Source: Candidatus Poribacteria bacterium
Lineage (GTDB): Bacteria > Poribacteria > WGA-4E > WGA-3G
Length of the DNA stretch: 64,000 nucleotides
Assembly (NCBI GenBank): GCA_963663765.2
Contig: CAXXUA010000005.1
Location: 1,216,001 to 1,280,000 of the forward strand
Direction of reading: 5' to 3'
The position numbers were made by a program, and so were the translations under genes. The stretch's first letter is position 1; every line of letters starts with the position of its first letter. Below are positions 49,425 through 57,884 of the stretch, one piece after another. Under the pieces are notes generated by a model. That model searched no databases and was not told where the DNA came from. It was given only the letters and a program-made list of their open reading frames with translations.

Positions 49425-50501
49425 TTAATGTTTGTCAGGCAACTCAATATCAGACAATGCCGACGCATTGAGTACCTGCTCAAAAAGTAAATCAAGAAAC
49501 TTCAGTTCCTCAATCTCACTTATCCCATCAACTACCGACTGAGGAATATCAGTAAAGTGATGCTGCAACAGCTTAAGCACCGCTGCCTGCTTTTCTAGGA
49601 TAACTCCTTGTTCAATTCCTTGTTCAATTCCCTGTTGTATAAGTGCTTCTGCGCCTGTCATAATAATGTTTTCTACCTCCTTGTCTTGTGTATGTGTTCG
49701 TAGAAGTTGTATCAGTTTTTCTTGTTCATCATCTGGTCTGCGAAAAATCACGAGAGAATACAGATATAAAATCGCTTGTTTGTGTTGTACTGCCTGCTCA
49801 GGAGGCAATGTATCCAAATGTGAGAGAGCTGCGCGCATCGCTTCATGTATAGATGTCTTGTCTTCATGCTCCTGCTGCAACACTGTGAGTAACCAACCAA
49901 ATGGATGTCCTGTTTTCGTCAATTCATCAGTTTCAGTATCCTTCACACCAAGAAATAAAGTGTCAAACGACGGCACAAACCGCGATAACACATCAGGTAC
50001 ATCCATGACCGCAGTAAGTGTCAAAGGCATTTGCCATCGTTGTTCTCCAGTGTAATAAACAATTGGCAGGATCGGACGCAGTCGCCACTGGTTTCTGGGC
50101 AACTTCAATTCCTCCATTTCACGCCGCTGTCCATCCCAGATTTGGCACATATAATATAACAACCGAAACCCCATCAGCGGGTCCACCGATGATTGGTGTT
50201 CTAAGAGAATAAAGATCGTCAGGTTCTCTGTTGAAGAAGCATTGCGAAATGGAACGCTAAACACCATATCAGATACGACATCACGTAACCTATCGTCTAC
50301 AAAACTCCTATTCAGTTCCTTCAATTGGTCAAAGTCAAGGTAATCCACCAATTCTTGTGCAACGATCTCAACTAAACCCCGAACATTCTCTTTTACCTTG
50401 AACAACCACCTTGAGCTTTTATCCGGATAATGTCCGATGCGAGGATCAAATAAATCACGTATCTCTTTTGGAACGCGTCTCTCTGTTTCTGCTTGTTGCA
50501 T
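49425..50501 (-). CDS. Rpn/YhgA-family PD-(D/E)XK nuclease
   Basis: SDMVF..ILLEHQS, RLLYY, PILPIVYYTG..W; tail MTGAE..QGIEQGIEQG. Confidence 0.9.
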   Translation of the reverse strand: MQQAETERRVPKEIRDLFDPRIGHYPDKSSRWLFKVKENVRGLVEIVAQELVDYLDFDQLKELNRSFVDDRLRDVVSDMVFSVPFRNASSTENLTIFILLEHQSSVDPLMGFRLLYYMCQIWDGQRREMEELKLPRNQWRLRPILPIVYYTGEQRWQMPLTLTAVMDVPDVLSRFVPSFDTLFLGVKDTETDELTKTGHPFGWLLTVLQQEHEDKTSIHEAMRAALSHLDTLPPEQAVQHKQAILYLYSLVIFRRPDDEQEKLIQLLRTHTQDKEVENIIMTGAEALIQQGIEQGIEQGVILEKQAAVLKLLQHHFTDIPQSVVDGISEIEELKFLDLLFEQVLNASALSDIELPDKH

Positions 50502-50527
50502 CCAACCTCCTTGCTTACACTATATTT

Positions 50528-50557
50528 AAAATAACATAATCCGAAGGTGAATGTCAA
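50528..50557 (-). promoter_or_regulatory. sigma70-like promoter for rpn
   Basis: TTGACA-18-TATTTT with extended TG; followed by AAGGAGG RBS. Confidence 0.45.
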
Positions 50558-50623
50558 TGATGTATAGACAACGAATTAACGTTAAGCAGCAGCAAAACAC
50601 AACCAAATATATTTTGAACAGCA

Positions 50624-51601
50624 CTAAACAGTCAAAATAATCTTCCCAAAATTACGATTTGCTTCCATATACGCATGCGCTTCACGAACTCGTGATAAAG
50701 AAAACATCTTATCAATCACAGGATGGATCGTGCCTGCTTGTAATACTGGAAGCCAACGTTCTACAAATCGATGTGTGATAGCTATTTTTTCATCAAGAGA
50801 TTGAGAACGCATGACAGACCCGATAAGCTGTAGGCGCTTGCGCATCAATGTCCCTAAATCTATCTCTGCTGTTGAACCACCCATCAAGCCAACTTGCAGC
50901 AAACGCCCCTTCGTTTTAAGTATTTGTAAGTTACGTGCAAGATAGGGAGAACCGATAAAATCTAACACAACATCCACACCTTCTCCATCTGTCAACCTTT
51001 CAATTTCAGCAACAAAATCCGAATTCTTATAATTAATACCTGCTTTAGCCCCCAATGCGGTACAACGTTCAATTTTCTCGGATGTACCTGCAGTGACAAA
51101 AACACGCGCCCCTGCATGAGTTGCTATCTGAATCCCCGCAGTACCAACCCCACTTCCACCCGCGTGGATCAGAATCGTCTCATCTGCTGAAAGATGTCCT
51201 AATGTAAATATATTCTCATTTGCAGTAAAAAAGACTTCTGGAATTGCAGCAGCCTCTTCAAAACTCCATTCATCCGGTATCAACATCGCCATGCGACAAT
51301 CAATGACTGCTTTTTCCGCATAACCCCCACCACCGATAAGTCCAAAAACCCTGTCACCCTCATTAAATCCAGTGACAACTTTCCCAAAACCTGACACTGT
51401 ACCAGCAATTTCTATACCGAGAATGTCAGATTCACCGAGAGGCGGCGGATATCCGCCACGTCGTTGAATAAGGTCCAAGCGGTTTAACGCAGTCGCCTTG
51501 ACATCTACCAATAACTGTGTGTCTGCAGGTTGAGGTGCAGACACCTCAACTAATTGCAGGACTTCTGGTCCTCCATCACCTTCTCTGATAATTGCTTTCA
51601 T
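50624..51601 (-). CDS. NAD(P)H quinone oxidoreductase, PIG3 family
   Basis: GGPEVL, NRLDL.QR.G.YPPP, GGGYAE, HAGGSGVG, GKIIL. Confidence 0.92.
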   Translation of the reverse strand: MKAIIREGDGGPEVLQLVEVSAPQPADTQLLVDVKATALNRLDLIQRRGGYPPPLGESDILGIEIAGTVSGFGKVVTGFNEGDRVFGLIGGGGYAEKAVIDCRMAMLIPDEWSFEEAAAIPEVFFTANENIFTLGHLSADETILIHAGGSGVGTAGIQIATHAGARVFVTAGTSEKIERCTALGAKAGINYKNSDFVAEIERLTDGEGVDVVLDFIGSPYLARNLQILKTKGRLLQVGLMGGSTAEIDLGTLMRKRLQLIGSVMRSQSLDEKIAITHRFVERWLPVLQAGTIHPVIDKMFSLSRVREAHAYMEANRNFGKIILTV

Positions 51602-51701
51602 CGTATTTTAGTTGTACCCTATTTCTGTTTTCTTCAATATATCTTCGGATAAATTCTGTGTGTAACTACAACTTTTCGTGATAAACAACGTCTAATCTTA
51701 A

Positions 51702-51859
51702 CAGGACTTACGCACCCAACGGTAGGCGGGGAATACCTAAATGGCATTCATACCGTTGATTTGGTGCTTTGTAAGCGCGCCGGAAACCTAAAAAATGCTG
51801 AAAATTACATCGTTTTCGTCTTAATTCTTGATTGGATCATCAAAACTGCGTAAGTCCTG
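51702..51859. mobile_element. MITE family D copy with a ~35-bp insert in its REP
   Basis: Perfect 13-bp TIRs; CTTAA direct repeats at 51697-51701 and 51860-51864. Confidence 0.85.
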
Positions 51860-51910
51860 CTTAATACTTAGAAATTGGCAAATAAAATAGAATTCCCAAG
51901 GAGCACAATA

Positions 51911-52393
51911 ATGTCAAAAGAAACACAACAGAAAAACTTGTCTCGTCATTTCAATCCAGTGAAGGCAAAATTAACCTATATGGACGAATGCTTTGGACAG
52001 TTGCGAAACGGCCTTCCCGAAAATAAAGAAGATTATGTTGCAGCTGACAGGTTAACGCATTCTTATGTCAAAAGCTGCTTCCTGATGATTGTACAACGGG
52101 CAGTAGACATCAATAACGCTATAATTGAATTTAGCGGAAAGACACCACCATATCAAAAACACCAAGGTTTTCGCGTCATTAAAGAAAACGGGGCAATAGA
52201 TGCTGACACACTCATGTTCTTTGAACATGCCTTAAGTTGTTACCAAAAAATCGCTAATCCGTATGAAGGACTCTCACCGCCTGAACTCTATGATATATCC
52301 TCAGAACTCCTGAAACACGGTAAAAGTTACACACATCAGATAAAAGCGTTCTTTCAAGATGCCGATCCAACGACAGGAATTGAAACGAATTAG
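51911..52393 (+). CDS. HepT/DUF86-like HEPN protein, degenerate active site
   Basis: IVQRAVDINNAII..PPYQ..F..I.ENGAID pattern; start after AAGGAG. Confidence 0.6.
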   Translation: MSKETQQKNLSRHFNPVKAKLTYMDECFGQLRNGLPENKEDYVAADRLTHSYVKSCFLMIVQRAVDINNAIIEFSGKTPPYQKHQGFRVIKENGAIDADTLMFFEHALSCYQKIANPYEGLSPPELYDISSELLKHGKSYTHQIKAFFQDADPTTGIETN

Positions 52394-52409
52394 ATCCTAT
52401 CCATAAAAC

Positions 52410-52443
52410 AAGGCGGGCTAAAGTTATAACTTCAGTCCGCCTT
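52410..52443. terminator. hairpin between convergent genes, possible bidirectional terminator
   Basis: AAGGCGGGCTAAAGTT pairs with AACTTCAGTCCGCCTT (14/16). Confidence 0.5.
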
Positions 52444-52476
52444 ATACATTGCTGCGACATCTAAAGTAATGTAATT

Positions 52477-53244
52477 CTAATCAAACTTTACTCTCCCGCC
52501 AGAACCTATCAATTCAATATCGGGTTTTCGTAAGATCTTCTCTTCAGGTTCTCTCTCCAATCCAGTTGGATAAAGTTTATAAGCAATTCGTTTCGGTAAG
52601 TGTAGTCCTAAATCAGCTGTCATCTCCTTCGGAGTCTTAAAAATAATTTGTCCACTCCTCTGGGTTTGATAAGCAAACCAATACTTCAAAATAGTGAGAA
52701 TCCTATTGTTATAAAGCACATTTCCTGAAGCAACATCTATCACCTTAACACGTACTTTCCCAGTTATTCTTTGCCGAGTCCGAATGTAAGTAGACGTTCC
52801 GGATATACCGGTCTGCCTGCCCTGACGCATCAAATGCTCATTGTATTCCCGACTTTCAATCCTCGGTTTCGAAATCATACCTATAATGATTATGTCTGCA
52901 TTCAGAGCTTGACCTACTTTTGCAGCGAATGCAGGAGAAGCATATACCTCTTCCAAGGTAATTCCGAGTTCGTCAATTTTCTCGCCTACAGGACGAACCT
53001 TGTCTGACTTGTCATATAGCCATTCAATGTCTTTTAATTCAAGCTCCAAATTACTTGCTAAATTACTGCTAATTCGTCTGCCAAGGTTCTTTGTTTCATC
53101 ATCTTCAGACATAAAAGGGGCAACTATAATTCGTTTTGCGGGACTAAAATTTGGCGGTGTGTCAATATTAATCTCACCGCCACCGAAACATCCAGCAATT
53201 GAAACGAGGAAAAGGGGTATTAGTAGAAAACCAAAAAAACGCAT
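52477..53244 (-). CDS. lipoprotein, CsgG/TolB-N-like fold
   Basis: Lipobox IAGC; RIIVAPF..KVGQALNADIIIIG..VKVIDVASG. Confidence 0.7.
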   Translation of the reverse strand: MRFFGFLLIPLFLVSIAGCFGGGEINIDTPPNFSPAKRIIVAPFMSEDDETKNLGRRISSNLASNLELELKDIEWLYDKSDKVRPVGEKIDELGITLEEVYASPAFAAKVGQALNADIIIIGMISKPRIESREYNEHLMRQGRQTGISGTSTYIRTRQRITGKVRVKVIDVASGNVLYNNRILTILKYWFAYQTQRSGQIIFKTPKEMTADLGLHLPKRIAYKLYPTGLEREPEEKILRKPDIELIGSGGRVKFD

Positions 53245-53497
53245 AATATTAATATGCCTCCTTAATTAGACTTTTATTATCCTTTATTACATCATGTGTC
53301 GGTAAGGGTTTACAAGTGCACTTACCATGCACACTACTATTTAGATGGAAGCAAAACCCCTATGTCCACTAACCGGTCATTACATTCAGCACAACCCGCC
53401 TATTTCAAAGAGTTTAGCATAAATAGCAATTATAGTCAATATATTTCATATATCACAATCATGAACATACAGAAATCTATTTTTGGCATCTGAATGT

Positions 53498-54478
53498 TTA
53501 TGCAACCGCTAAAGCGCGCACTTCTCCGAATTCATGTGCTAACTTCTCCCAAGATCCACCATTGTCTTCACTCAAGAAAAGCTGTCCACTCACGCTACAA
53601 GCAATCATCAATCCATCAACACGTGGATTATAACCAAAAGTCCAAATCGTGCTATTTGCAGTCATGCCAATATCAGAACGAGCCCAACGAATTGCCGTTG
53701 CATCTCGCACATCATTTGTATCACGCATATAGAAGATACCCCCTTGGTCACCAGGAGGACCATTACCTGCTCCGATAAAAACTTTGGCATTGTCTCCGTT
53801 GAGATAGAATGCAGCACGAGTATAAGGCCACGGAAAATGATCACGAACCTTCAATGGTGTCCAATTGTGCATATCCGTAGTGATACAAACATCGTTATTT
53901 GTTGCAGCAACAAGTGTTTTTTGCTCACCTGGAACTACCGTCAGTCCATGAATATCCAAGCTGCTTAACCCCTCACTTCGTTCATCCCACGTTTTACCAC
54001 CGTCTGTGCTAAGCCGCAAACCGTCAATTTCAATACCAGCATAAACAGTCTCATGGTCCTCTGGATCAATAATGATAGTTGTTACGCGTGGAATGATCGG
54101 AATCCCTTCGCACTCTTGTGCAAGTTTCGCATCAAGATGCGTCCACGTCTCACCACCGTCTGTCGTTTTGAAAAAAGCTGACGGACAAGTACCAGCATAG
54201 ACCGTATCAGGTTCAGTCGGATGAATAGCGAGCGACCAAACTTCCCGACTGTCCATGTCACTTGGCATGTGTTCCCAAGAATTGCCACCATCTGACGTTT
54301 TGACAACCCCTTTTTCTGTTCCTGCATACAGGACATTTGAATCTGTTGGATGTACGACAATTGCACGTACATCTGCTTCTGGAAATACACCGTTACTCGC
54401 GCGCCGCCACGTTTTACCAATGTCGGTGCTTCGCCATATACTCTGGCCAATTGTTCCAGCATATAGTGTGTTCGACAT
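53498..54478 (-). CDS. BNR/Asp-box beta-propeller protein (VPS10/Ycf48-like)
   Basis: Repeated S/T-x-D-G-G-x-T/S-W boxes and VYAG strands. Confidence 0.85.
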   Translation of the reverse strand: MSNTLYAGTIGQSIWRSTDIGKTWRRASNGVFPEADVRAIVVHPTDSNVLYAGTEKGVVKTSDGGNSWEHMPSDMDSREVWSLAIHPTEPDTVYAGTCPSAFFKTTDGGETWTHLDAKLAQECEGIPIIPRVTTIIIDPEDHETVYAGIEIDGLRLSTDGGKTWDERSEGLSSLDIHGLTVVPGEQKTLVAATNNDVCITTDMHNWTPLKVRDHFPWPYTRAAFYLNGDNAKVFIGAGNGPPGDQGGIFYMRDTNDVRDATAIRWARSDIGMTANSTIWTFGYNPRVDGLMIACSVSGQLFLSEDNGGSWEKLAHEFGEVRALAVA

Positions 54479-54519
54479 AAATACCCCCTAATTCATAGAA
54501 AATAACGTTCCACAAAAAA

Positions 54520-56226
54520 CTATTTTTTTAGGTCTCCTTCGTCAATAATAGTGTCACCGCGTTTGATAACCCATTCTACTGATTCTGTTTCAACTTCAGG
54601 TTTTAGATGAAAAGTATAACGATAGATCGTCCGGTCTCCTTGCTGAATATGCGCCATCGGCTCAGCACCAAAAAGTCTACGATTCTGGTAATTTAGTGTC
54701 GCAGTCAGTGAATGGATACCAACAGTTTCAGTTGGCACTGCAATAATCTCCCAATAATTCGGATGGATCGGATTCGGTAGCACACGTACGGTATAAGTAC
54801 CTAAGTTCCCCTCATACGCACTATAGTTATACGTTACAGATTGCTGTGCAAAACTCCTATTATCTACTTGCAGACTTGGCATCAGCAGGACACGCTGTAC
54901 GGCAGTACCAAAAGTAGGTATATCTAATGATGCAATACCATCAGTCGTTTTTAGCTGCAGTGATTCAACACGCACCTCACCTGTATTATATAAAAACGCA
55001 ACTTTGATATCAATAGGTGTATTGCGTTGTGTTGAAAAATTAAGGTTTAAACCTTCTTGCCCAGCAGCAGCAACCTTATATTCAATTGCATGCGAACTAA
55101 AATTAACAAGTGCCTTATTTCTGCCGTTTACAGGATACACACGATGTGTGAATACCGGTTGAATCACAGGACTAAAACTATGATACTGAAAAGAATTTTC
55201 TACAGTTCCAAGTAGACTCCATGTCGTGAGGTAATTCGCAACTTTCCAATCTGCAAATATGTTTGCAAAGGAATTCGGTTTCCCTTGTGCCATCAACGTG
55301 TCTGTTATACCCGTAATACCATCTTTCGGATTTTGAACAAGTGCCGCAAGCGTTGATATCCCACCGTAATGATCATGTAGATACAACATAAAAAAGAAAG
55401 CAGCCCCATAGTGTGATAGTAAATGTGTATCAGCCATCTGCGTCCAGTCTGTCAATGAAATGTATGGCGTTTTTTGAAAAGCTTGAATATGTTGGTAAAG
55501 GTCATAACCACATTGGAACGCCGCATATTCAGCACATCCTTCGTCTACCCAAATTTCCTCCTTAGGAGAATACTTATAGTTGATTAGGTGTTGGAACTCA
55601 TGGGCAATAACCGCTTCTGCCGTATTCGCGTTTGTAGGATAGTTTTTGGAGTCAATATAGAGAATATCTGCCTCGTTGCTATGTAAAGGACCTAATGTTG
55701 TATGATGAAGTATTCCCCGATGTTGATCAACAGGCATAAAATATCCTGCAGTGCCTTGGCTGCCACTTCTATCACGAATATTGAGAATAAGCAAAATAAC
55801 TTTTTCGTTACCATCAACATCTGGTGGTGAACCGAGGTCTTCGGATAATATGTCATATATTCCACGCTGTGGATGAGCCGGTGTTGACGTATCAAATGCC
55901 CTTTGGACTGTTTGTATCGTATGCGCATTAATGTGCACCTGCCACACCGAATCTTCAACAAAAATGTAACAGTGGGTACCACTGCCACGCAGTGTTGCAT
56001 TGATTGTATATTGCTGTTTTTGGGCAAAGTCAATTGCAAAAAATGGACGTTGGAATCCAACAGAAAGTGTGGGAGCTGCCGGGGTCGTTGGAACTGATAT
56101 CGTATCGGATGGATATTGCGGTACTATGTCCTGTTTTAGGTGAGGCGTGCCGCAACGGAACGCCTCACCTGTCGGAACTAATACGGTAAACGTTAGAAAG
56201 AGAAATGTGATAATGGTATATCGCAT
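54520..56226 (-). CDS. secreted zinc metallopeptidase (M30-like)
   Basis: Signal peptide, RCGTP Cys-switch-like propeptide, AGYF, AHEFQH..WVDEG. Confidence 0.8.
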   Translation of the reverse strand: MRYTIITFLFLTFTVLVPTGEAFRCGTPHLKQDIVPQYPSDTISVPTTPAAPTLSVGFQRPFFAIDFAQKQQYTINATLRGSGTHCYIFVEDSVWQVHINAHTIQTVQRAFDTSTPAHPQRGIYDILSEDLGSPPDVDGNEKVILLILNIRDRSGSQGTAGYFMPVDQHRGILHHTTLGPLHSNEADILYIDSKNYPTNANTAEAVIAHEFQHLINYKYSPKEEIWVDEGCAEYAAFQCGYDLYQHIQAFQKTPYISLTDWTQMADTHLLSHYGAAFFFMLYLHDHYGGISTLAALVQNPKDGITGITDTLMAQGKPNSFANIFADWKVANYLTTWSLLGTVENSFQYHSFSPVIQPVFTHRVYPVNGRNKALVNFSSHAIEYKVAAAGQEGLNLNFSTQRNTPIDIKVAFLYNTGEVRVESLQLKTTDGIASLDIPTFGTAVQRVLLMPSLQVDNRSFAQQSVTYNYSAYEGNLGTYTVRVLPNPIHPNYWEIIAVPTETVGIHSLTATLNYQNRRLFGAEPMAHIQQGDRTIYRYTFHLKPEVETESVEWVIKRGDTIIDEGDLKK

Positions 56227-56307
56227 CTTTCCTGACTTTTCTTGGTTGAAGACAGCACGATAACATCACTTGGCAAACCTAAAATAGCATAATTGTGTTA
56301 TATCAAA

Positions 56308-57843
56308 CTATTGCTTGAGTCGTTCCTGTAATGCACTGTTATCAGGTTCAATTGTGAGTGCTTGTTGCCAGATACGGTTCGCTTTATCAAGTTCACCATG
56401 CTTGTGGTATGCATCTCCAAGATGCATCAAGACTTCCACATTATTTGGCATCTCTTGGTTCGCATTTTCTAAAGTGGTGACAGATTCCGCTACGCGCCCT
56501 TGTTTAAAATACACCCATCCAAGACTATCAAGATATGCCCCATTTTTAGGAAATTTTTGCAAGGCACGCTTAATTAATGCCTCAGCCTCATCAAGATTGA
56601 CTCCACGCACAGCATAGAGATAACCAAGTGCATTAAGTGCATCTGCATGTGTTGGTTGGGAAGAAAGCACTTTACGGAAATACTTCTCTGCATCCTCAAA
56701 TTTATCCTTCGTTTGATAGACCGCACCGAGTAAGTATGTGGCACCTACATGGGCAGAATCGTTTTCAAGTACCTGCAAAAATAACTCTTCGGATTTTTCA
56801 TAGTCTTCAAAAAGGAAATAGACATTAGCTAATGCAAACTGCGCATCTACTAATATCTTATTGTATTGGTTGCGACGTCGTTGATTTTCTGTACGATTGA
56901 TAATTTCTAACGAAAGGAAAATCGCACGTCCAAGATATTTTTCTGCATCTTGAATAAGTTCTTCTTTATCTTTGCCTTCGCTTGGTGAATTGTCATTTTC
57001 TGTTGCAACTGCACGCTGCGCCATTTCTTGAAACACCAAACCTAAACCTAAGTTAGACCTAACGTCCTGCGGTTCTATGCTAAGAATCTGTTGATAAGTT
57101 TGCTGCGCCTCTTCCAACACTCTATTCGTCAAATAGAGGTATGCTAAAGATTTTAGTGATCTAATATCATCCGGATTGATTTTAACGACGCGCTTATATG
57201 CATCAATTGCCTCTTGTGGTTTTTCTAAACGCTGGTAGAGATCACCAAGACGACTATGAAAAGAAGGTTCAAAAGGCATGATGCGTGTTAGTGCTTTGTA
57301 GGATGTCTCTGCAATATCCAATTGACCGTTTTGGTAAGCCAAATTCCCTCGCATGTGGTGTGCCATTATATGTCCAGGATCTAATTCTGTGACTTTTCCT
57401 AATGTATCCAATACTTCTTCTATGTTTCTCCCACCTGTATGTGAAGAACGGTCTACCAAGATTTGCGCGAGCTGCCACGTTGCCTGAATATGCGATGGAT
57501 TTAATTTGAGAGCTTGACGGGTATCCAATTCTGCCCCCCGAATATCCTGCATCAAGTAAAGAAGTTTCCCACGTTTATACCAAACATAAGCAGAATCTTC
57601 AGCTTGAATTACCAACTCATCGTATATACGTTTGGCGTTAGAAATATCTTTATTAAATGCCTGAGAATAAACTGCATGCATGAGTTGTGCGTAAACCTGC
57701 TTTGACTTTTTAGATGCATCCGTTAATGGTACAAATTCTGGAGACTCAACTGTAATTTCTTCTTGCGCATCTGTTACCAACGCAATTGAAAAAAGGCACA
57801 TTGCCATGATTAAGATTATTGATATCCGTAATTTTCTTTTCAT
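56308..57843 (-). CDS. exported TPR protein
   Basis: Signal peptide; many TPRs; ALNALGY..AYLDSLGWVYFK..HLGD. Confidence 0.88.
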   Translation of the reverse strand: MKRKLRISIILIMAMCLFSIALVTDAQEEITVESPEFVPLTDASKKSKQVYAQLMHAVYSQAFNKDISNAKRIYDELVIQAEDSAYVWYKRGKLLYLMQDIRGAELDTRQALKLNPSHIQATWQLAQILVDRSSHTGGRNIEEVLDTLGKVTELDPGHIMAHHMRGNLAYQNGQLDIAETSYKALTRIMPFEPSFHSRLGDLYQRLEKPQEAIDAYKRVVKINPDDIRSLKSLAYLYLTNRVLEEAQQTYQQILSIEPQDVRSNLGLGLVFQEMAQRAVATENDNSPSEGKDKEELIQDAEKYLGRAIFLSLEIINRTENQRRRNQYNKILVDAQFALANVYFLFEDYEKSEELFLQVLENDSAHVGATYLLGAVYQTKDKFEDAEKYFRKVLSSQPTHADALNALGYLYAVRGVNLDEAEALIKRALQKFPKNGAYLDSLGWVYFKQGRVAESVTTLENANQEMPNNVEVLMHLGDAYHKHGELDKANRIWQQALTIEPDNSALQERLKQ

Positions 57844-57884
57844 TATCTTTCTCCTTTGTCAATCATCATCTAATCTTTCCAAGC

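Noticed and set aside
49425-50501. Autonomous transposase for the MITEs
   Set aside because: Rpn is often annotated as a transposase but is a PD-(D/E)XK nuclease; no TIRs flank it
53290-53400. Riboswitch or ncRNA upstream of the lipoprotein gene
   Set aside because: Only one imperfect hairpin (GGTAAG/CTTACC) and no recognisable aptamer
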